Assembly (NCBI GenBank): GCA_964611245.1
Contig: CAZSXX010000001.1
Span: forward strand, 5,038 to 52,699
DNA length: 47,662 nt
Source: an uncultured Verrucomicrobiota bacterium
GTDB taxonomy: Bacteria > Verrucomicrobiota > Verrucomicrobiia > Limisphaerales > SXQI01
Direction: 5' to 3'
The notes under the pieces were generated by a model. The model made no database searches. It had not been told where the DNA came from and worked only from the letters and a program-made list of their open reading frames with translations. How positions within the stretch are numbered: the first letter of the stretch is position 1; each line of letters starts with the position of its first letter. Shown here piece after piece: positions 43,380-47,662 of this stretch. The position numbers and the translations under genes were made by a program.

Positions 43380-45148
43380 TCAGCCAGGATTAAAAACGTT
43401 TGATCGTCCGTTTGCGCGGCGCTGGACTGGAATTCGCTGAGGTCACCGGCGAGGTCGAGCGCCAATCGCTCGGCGCTGAAGCCGCGTGGCGCCCCCTTGC
43501 GTAGCCATTTCACCAAGCGGTCCTGCCCGAAGAATTCGCCCAAGGGGTTGCGCGCTTCCGTCAAGCCGTCCGTGTAGAGCAGCAGCTTGCAGGGCCGGTC
43601 CAAAACTTGGGTGTGGCTTTCGAAAAGGGTGTTGGGCTGGATTCCAAGGGGCAATCCATCGGGCGCTATCGAGACGATCGATCCCTGGTCATCGATCGCC
43701 AGCAGCCCGGGGCAATGCCCCGCGCTGGCCGCCGTGATCTGCCGCCGCGTCGCGTCCACGAACACCAGTTGCGCGGTGATGAACATGTCCACCGCCGAGA
43801 GTTCCTCATACATCAGCCGGTTGGCCCGCTCCAGCAGCGTGGCTGGCTGGTCCATCCACTCGGGGGCGGCCCGGAGAAGGCTGCGCAACACCGCGGCGAA
43901 CATCGCGGCCGGGATTCCCTTGCCCATCACGTCGGCGATCACCAGAAGAACCGCGTCGTCGCGCACCCTCAGCACATCGTAGAAGTCGCCCCCGACCTGG
44001 TGCGCGCTTTGGCAAAACCCCGCGAGGTCCATCCCGGGCAGGCGCGGGATGCTTTTGGGCAGCAGTGACCGCTGGATTTGCTGGGCGATTTCCAACTCGC
44101 GCGAAACCAGCCGCGTGCGGACCTGGTCTTCGTTGAAGCGCGAATTGACGATCTGGATCGCGAGGAAGTCAGAGAACGTGTGCACCACGTTCGCCTGCAC
44201 CGCCGTGAACGAAGGCCCCGCCGCGTCCTTCGCCACCGCCACCGTCCCAATCAAATGGTCCCCCAGGAAAATGGGATGCGCGAGGCCGTGCGCTTTCGGG
44301 TTCACTTCGAAGAGCGGATCGCCCTCCCGCAACGGCCGGTGGGAATCGAACCAGACGTCATCCCGCCCCCGCCCCGCCTGCAGCTCCACCGAACCCCCGG
44401 CGCGGTCAAATGTGATCCGTTCCGTTCCCGTGAACGGGCGCGACGCGGTGAACACCCGAAGTTCCCCGCCCTCGCGCGGCACCAACCGCAGCACAAACCA
44501 ATCCGCCGAGGTGATCTGCGCCAGGTCCATCAGCAGGCGCCGGGCGAACTCCTCCAAGTCGTTGGTCTTCCCCAGCTCCGAGCTGCACCGGAAAATGGCC
44601 GACAGGGACTCGTAACAGGAGCTCAGCTCCTCCGCCATGTCCCGGATCACCTGTTCGCTCTCCGAGAGCCGGCGCTTGGCCTCCTCCGCCGAGATCTCCA
44701 TCGTTTTCTCCTCCGGCTCGGGCGCCCTCCTCTTCCGCATCACCAAACAATTCTCCCCTTGTCCACGCAGGTATTTCACGTCGTCCATGAGCGAGTCGAT
44801 CAGGTAAAGGCCCCGCCCGCTTTCCCTCTCAAAATCCGGCAGCTCGATTTCCCGCGGCATCTCAAATCCGCGGGTGTGGTCATGCACCCGGATCTCCAGC
44901 TCAGTCCGCCCGCACACAACCTCCAGCAACACCTCTTTTCCCCGCGCGTCCCCTTCGGCGTATTTGATCGCATTGTTGCAGGCCTCCACGGCCGCCAGCT
45001 CGCACCCGTCCACGTCCGCGCGCGAAAACCCCTGGTCCGCCAGGAACACCTTCATCTGCGCCGAAGCCTGCCGGACCTTCGAGAGGTCGCATTCCATGCG
45101 GACCTGCAGGACCACCGGCCGGGAAACGGGAAGCGCGTGGAGGGCCAT
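43376..45148 (-). CDS. Fusion protein: RsbW/SpoIIAB-like Ser kinase (HATPase_c), GAF-like domain and PP2C (SpoIIE-type) phosphatase
   Basis: 590 aa. N-box 'AAVEACNNAIKYA', 'VHDHTRGF', 'GRGLYLIDSLMDDV'. The middle roughly 150 aa is GAF-like. 'GGDFYDV', 'LVIADVMGKGIPAAMFAA', 'LLLYTDGLTEA' and 'DDQTFLILA' are PP2C/SpoIIE motifs. Confidence 0.85.
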   Translation of the reverse strand: MALHALPVSRPVVLQVRMECDLSKVRQASAQMKVFLADQGFSRADVDGCELAAVEACNNAIKYAEGDARGKEVLLEVVCGRTELEIRVHDHTRGFEMPREIELPDFERESGRGLYLIDSLMDDVKYLRGQGENCLVMRKRRAPEPEEKTMEISAEEAKRRLSESEQVIRDMAEELSSCYESLSAIFRCSSELGKTNDLEEFARRLLMDLAQITSADWFVLRLVPREGGELRVFTASRPFTGTERITFDRAGGSVELQAGRGRDDVWFDSHRPLREGDPLFEVNPKAHGLAHPIFLGDHLIGTVAVAKDAAGPSFTAVQANVVHTFSDFLAIQIVNSRFNEDQVRTRLVSRELEIAQQIQRSLLPKSIPRLPGMDLAGFCQSAHQVGGDFYDVLRVRDDAVLLVIADVMGKGIPAAMFAAVLRSLLRAAPEWMDQPATLLERANRLMYEELSAVDMFITAQLVFVDATRRQITAASAGHCPGLLAIDDQGSIVSIAPDGLPLGIQPNTLFESHTQVLDRPCKLLLYTDGLTEARNPLGEFFGQDRLVKWLRKGAPRGFSAERLALDLAGDLSEFQSSAAQTDDQTFLILAE

Positions 45149-45153
45149 GGGGG

Positions 45154-45462
45154 CTAATCGTTGACGATCTCAAAAATCCGGTGCATCCGCGTCAGCTCCA
45201 GGATTTGCTGGACCGGCGCGGTCGGGTTCATCAGCCGCACGGTGCCATTCCGGTTGCAGGTCGCCTTGTGCAGGGAAATCAGCGCCCCCAGCCCGCAACT
45301 GTCCACGAACATCGTCTGGGACATGTCGATTTCGATGTTCTTTTGGGGCTCCCGGAACTCCGCCTTGACTTGGTCCCGGAACACATTGGAATTGGTGGCT
45401 CCGAGCTCTTTGATCCCACTCACGCTCAGGGTTTCACCGTTCGATTGAACTTTCATATTCAT
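45154..45462 (-). CDS. STAS-domain anti-sigma-factor antagonist (RsbV/SpoIIAA-like)
   Basis: Start at ATG 45462 or 45456 ('MNMKVQSNGETLSVSGIKEL'). 'IEIDMSQTMFVDSCGLGALISL' keeps the phosphorylatable Ser of the DSxGLG motif (codon 45298-45300). The upstream extension to 45525 is unlikely. Confidence 0.85.
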   Translation of the reverse strand: MNMKVQSNGETLSVSGIKELGATNSNVFRDQVKAEFREPQKNIEIDMSQTMFVDSCGLGALISLHKATCNRNGTVRLMNPTAPVQQILELTRMHRIFEIVND

Positions 45463-45597
45463 GATTTTTTCCCGACGAAATGACTTAACGCGCCAAGGGT
45501 ATCGACCCCAGCTCCGCGCCAACATCAGGCACGGTCCGGTCTCGACTCCGCTCCTTTACCTTGCCCGCCATCGGGCAATCCGGGTCAAACCCACATT

Positions 45598-46473
45598 TCA
45601 ACCCGGCAATTTCGCTTTCAGGCTTGCCCACGCCGCGATGGGCCGGGCCATGGAGCCTTGGAATATGGCGGGGATTCGCTTGCCCGACAGCCAGCCCTTG
45701 ACCGCGCGCCCGGCCGGGTCCACCGAAGAGAGCAAATACGCGTCCGGCACGACGATGTGGGAACCTGTGCGCCAATTGATCAGCCCGCTGCCCCAAGCCA
45801 GGGATTCCGAAATCCTCGTCAACGCTCCGACAAACGTTTGCGGCCCCACCCACGCATCCTCCAATTCCGCCCGTTCATCGATGAATGTCTCGTCCTCAAC
45901 GATCACGTTGGGCCCAATGGAAGCATGGGCTCCCACATGCACGCCGCGCCCGAGCCAGCAGGGGGCGGTCAGCTTCGCGTTCGGGGCGACTTGGCAATCG
46001 CGCCCCACCCAGACGCCGGGCGTCCGTTCCCTCATCCCAACTCGGAACCCGGGCTGCGCCCGCTCCAAGATCTTCCGGCACGCGGCGAACCATCCCGCGT
46101 AATCGGCGAACATCGGATAAGAATCGTCCCACGGCAGGTGGTCCACCACCTGGACATCTCCGGGCTCCGGCAGGTACCCGGACTCGCTGGCCGGCTTGTG
46201 TTTGCGCCGCGCCTCCGCCGGGGTCGGCTCAATCGCCTCCGCGTGCACCGTCGCCTCGATGCCCCATTTTTCCCCGGACCCAGCCACCCGACGGATCTCT
46301 TCCTGCCGGTCGGCGGCGAGGATTTTCACCTGCTTGAACCCGTTCGCCGCTAGATGCCGGAGCCAAAGCTCCAGCGGGGTTTCGCCAAACAGGGGCAAGG
46401 CCGCCAGCGGCAGCGTGCCGGTGAGTTGGTCCATTTCACTCCGTTCACTGGGACAAATCAGGATCATTTTCAT
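45598..46473 (-). CDS. Nucleotidyltransferase-fold-like N-domain plus left-handed beta-helix (hexapeptide) C-domain protein; N-domain apparently degenerate
   Basis: Start is ATG 46473 ('MKMILICPSERSEMDQLTGTLPLAALPLFGETPLELWLRHLAANGFKQVKIL'). The topology resembles sugar-1-P nucleotidyltransferases (COG1208-like), but the G-x-G-T-R signature is replaced by 'CPSERSEM'. The C-terminal half has hexapeptide-like periodicity ('VGRDCQVAPNAKLTAPCWLGRGVHVGAHASIGPNVIVED'). Confidence 0.55.
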   Translation of the reverse strand: MKMILICPSERSEMDQLTGTLPLAALPLFGETPLELWLRHLAANGFKQVKILAADRQEEIRRVAGSGEKWGIEATVHAEAIEPTPAEARRKHKPASESGYLPEPGDVQVVDHLPWDDSYPMFADYAGWFAACRKILERAQPGFRVGMRERTPGVWVGRDCQVAPNAKLTAPCWLGRGVHVGAHASIGPNVIVEDETFIDERAELEDAWVGPQTFVGALTRISESLAWGSGLINWRTGSHIVVPDAYLLSSVDPAGRAVKGWLSGKRIPAIFQGSMARPIAAWASLKAKLPG

Positions 46474-46475
46474 GT

Positions 46476-47204
46476 TCAACAGGCTCCTCTCCCCAGCAGC
46501 ACGGCTGGAACAGTTTTCACGCAAATCCACACATCCAGCCAAAAGCTCTGGCTTTCGATGTATTGGACGTCCAATTGCACTTGCTCCGGAAAATCGATGT
46601 TGGCCCGCCCGCCAATCTGCCAAAAACAGGTCAACCCCGGAGTCACGGCCAGCCGCTGACGGTCTTTCATCGTGTAGAGCGCCACTTCCCGCGGCACCGG
46701 CGGGCGCGGCCCGACCATCGACATCTCACCCTTGAGCACGTTGACGAACTGCGGCAGCTCATCCAGCGAGTATTTCCGCAAAATGCCCCCGATCCGCGTG
46801 ATCCTCGGGTCGTTCTTCATTTTGAATGTCACCCCAGTGGCATGCCCGTTTTGCGCCAGCAATTTTTGCAACTGCGCCTCCGCGCCCACCCGCATCGACC
46901 GGAACTTGAACATTTTGAACTCGCGGCCGAATTTTCCGACCCGACGCTGGGCGAAGATGACTGGCCCGCCATCCTCCACCTTCACCAGCAGGGCGATCAC
47001 CGCCAAAACCGGGCTGATCGCGATGAGGATGCACGTCGCGGCGACGAGGTCGAACAACCGCTTGAGGAACGTGCTGCTGGCCACCACTGCTTTCCACGAA
47101 ATCCGCTTCCAATAGCAGTAGATGCTCCATCGCACCCGCGAGGTGGATGACTCCATCGAGCCAAACCGCTTGATCAACAATTCCTTTAGCTCTTGGTCGC
47201 TCAT
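46476..47204 (-). CDS. Bacterial sugar transferase (small monotopic phosphoglycosyl transferase, initiating enzyme)
   Basis: Start is ATG 47204, an ATGA overlap with the udk stop. 'KRLFDLVAATCILIAISPVLAVIALLVKVEDGGPVIFAQRRVGKFGREFKMFKFRSM', 'DPRITRIGGILRKYSLDELPQFVNVLKGEMSMVGPRP'. Confidence 0.9.
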   Translation of the reverse strand: MSDQELKELLIKRFGSMESSTSRVRWSIYCYWKRISWKAVVASSTFLKRLFDLVAATCILIAISPVLAVIALLVKVEDGGPVIFAQRRVGKFGREFKMFKFRSMRVGAEAQLQKLLAQNGHATGVTFKMKNDPRITRIGGILRKYSLDELPQFVNVLKGEMSMVGPRPPVPREVALYTMKDRQRLAVTPGLTCFWQIGGRANIDFPEQVQLDVQYIESQSFWLDVWICVKTVPAVLLGRGAC

Positions 47205-47662
47205 TTGCCTCCCAGCATTTTTGAAATTTTCTCCGCCAGCTTCGCGGCCACCGCCCCGTCGGCCGGTCCCGGCCAGATCAAATCCGCCCGCGCGCTTTGC
47301 GGATTCACATGCTTCCGCTGCATCGGCAGCACCCGTTCGGCATACCACGCGTTCACCTCCGCGGCGGCGCGCCCCCTCTCCCGCGTGTCGCGCTCCAACC
47401 GGCGGCCCAGGCACAGCTCCGGCGAGGCGTCCAAAAACACGGCCAGTTGATAAAACCGCCGAAGCGCAGGCTTATGCAGCAGCCACAATCCCTCAAAAAT
47501 CACCACGCGGCGCGGCTCCAGCACAACCTCCCCGGCCTCCCGCGTGTGGGTGTTGAAATTGTATTGCGGAACGCGCGCCGCCCGGCCGCACGCGGCGTGC
47601 AGAAGGGACTTGCGGAAGGCCGGCCAATCCAACGCGTTCGGATGGTCAAAATTGACTTCCCG
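47201..47662 (-). CDS. udk: Uridine kinase, partial (N-terminal P-loop part lies beyond the right edge)
   Basis: The frame is open to position 47662. 'REVNFDHPNALDWPAFRKSLLHAACGRAARVPQYNFNTHTR...VVIFEGLWLL...AVFLDASPELCLGRRLERDTRERGR' is collinear with the Udk region 'NYDHP...PVYSY..HTR...ILEG...FVD...R..RD..ERGR'. Confidence 0.85.
   Translation of the reverse strand, partial: REVNFDHPNALDWPAFRKSLLHAACGRAARVPQYNFNTHTREAGEVVLEPRRVVIFEGLWLLHKPALRRFYQLAVFLDASPELCLGRRLERDTRERGRAAAEVNAWYAERVLPMQRKHVNPQSARADLIWPGPADGAVAAKLAEKISKMLGGK

Noticed and set aside
45561-45578. TTGCCCG-ccat-CGGGCAA hairpin in the only sizeable intergenic gap of the glycan operon.
   Set aside because: It is a 7-bp stem with no T/U tract on either strand. 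It could be a processing or attenuation structure, but nothing in the sequence supports a terminator call.
1-47662. Search for CRISPR arrays, tRNA/rRNA genes, IS elements or transposases, integrases, phage genes, toxin-antitoxin pairs or known anti-phage defence genes.
   Set aside because: I saw no direct-repeat/spacer arrays, cloverleaf-like segments, terminal inverted repeats, DDE/tyrosine-recombinase motifs or compositional breaks. Coding density and GC content look uniform, consistent with core chromosome rather than a mobile island.

Overview
This is a high-GC, very gene-dense bacterial chromosomal window of about 40 genes, many with 1-4 nt start/stop overlaps. I saw no rRNA, tRNA, CRISPR array, IS element or prophage. 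Gene content suggests a PVC-group organism (Verrucomicrobiota or Planctomycetota), which is inference only: an H-X9-DG prepilin-like protein, a redoxin protein ending in a planctomycete-cytochrome-like motif, a Ser/Thr-kinase-linked ECF sigma factor and a giant surface protein with TSP3-like and LVIVD-like repeats. Plus-strand block, left to right: ffh; a WD40 Ser/Thr kinase plus ECF sigma; a 1702-aa secreted protein, a glycine-rich secreted protein and a PAP2/vanadium-haloperoxidase-like protein; a catabolic operon (Gfo/Idh/MocA oxidoreductase, TIM-barrel isomerase/epimerase, aldehyde dehydrogenase, deoC); a pseudopilin-like protein; a sigma-like/TM/CotH fusion; a LapA-like protein; and 2-oxoacid dehydrogenase E1a/E1b/E2. 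Next come three tandem CNNM/DUF21-CBS genes on the minus strand, then a zinc-ribbon protein and glcE/glcF on the plus strand. The most interesting region is 31.3-47.7 kb, a roughly 16 kb translationally coupled minus-strand operon that runs off the right edge. It combines glycan assembly (phosphoglycosyl transferase, GT2, two GT4, Wzx-like flippase) with an NRPS-like GNAT-(truncated C)-A-T-TE protein whose thioesterase nucleophile is Cys. That gene is split by a 1-nt frameshift in a homopolymer. The operon also carries an FkbM methyltransferase, an alkaline-phosphatase-family enzyme, a Pol-beta-type nucleotidyltransferase-like protein and a sigma-less partner-switching pair (STAS plus a fused RsbW-kinase/GAF/PP2C protein). 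All functional calls come from motif recognition by eye; no database search was possible.
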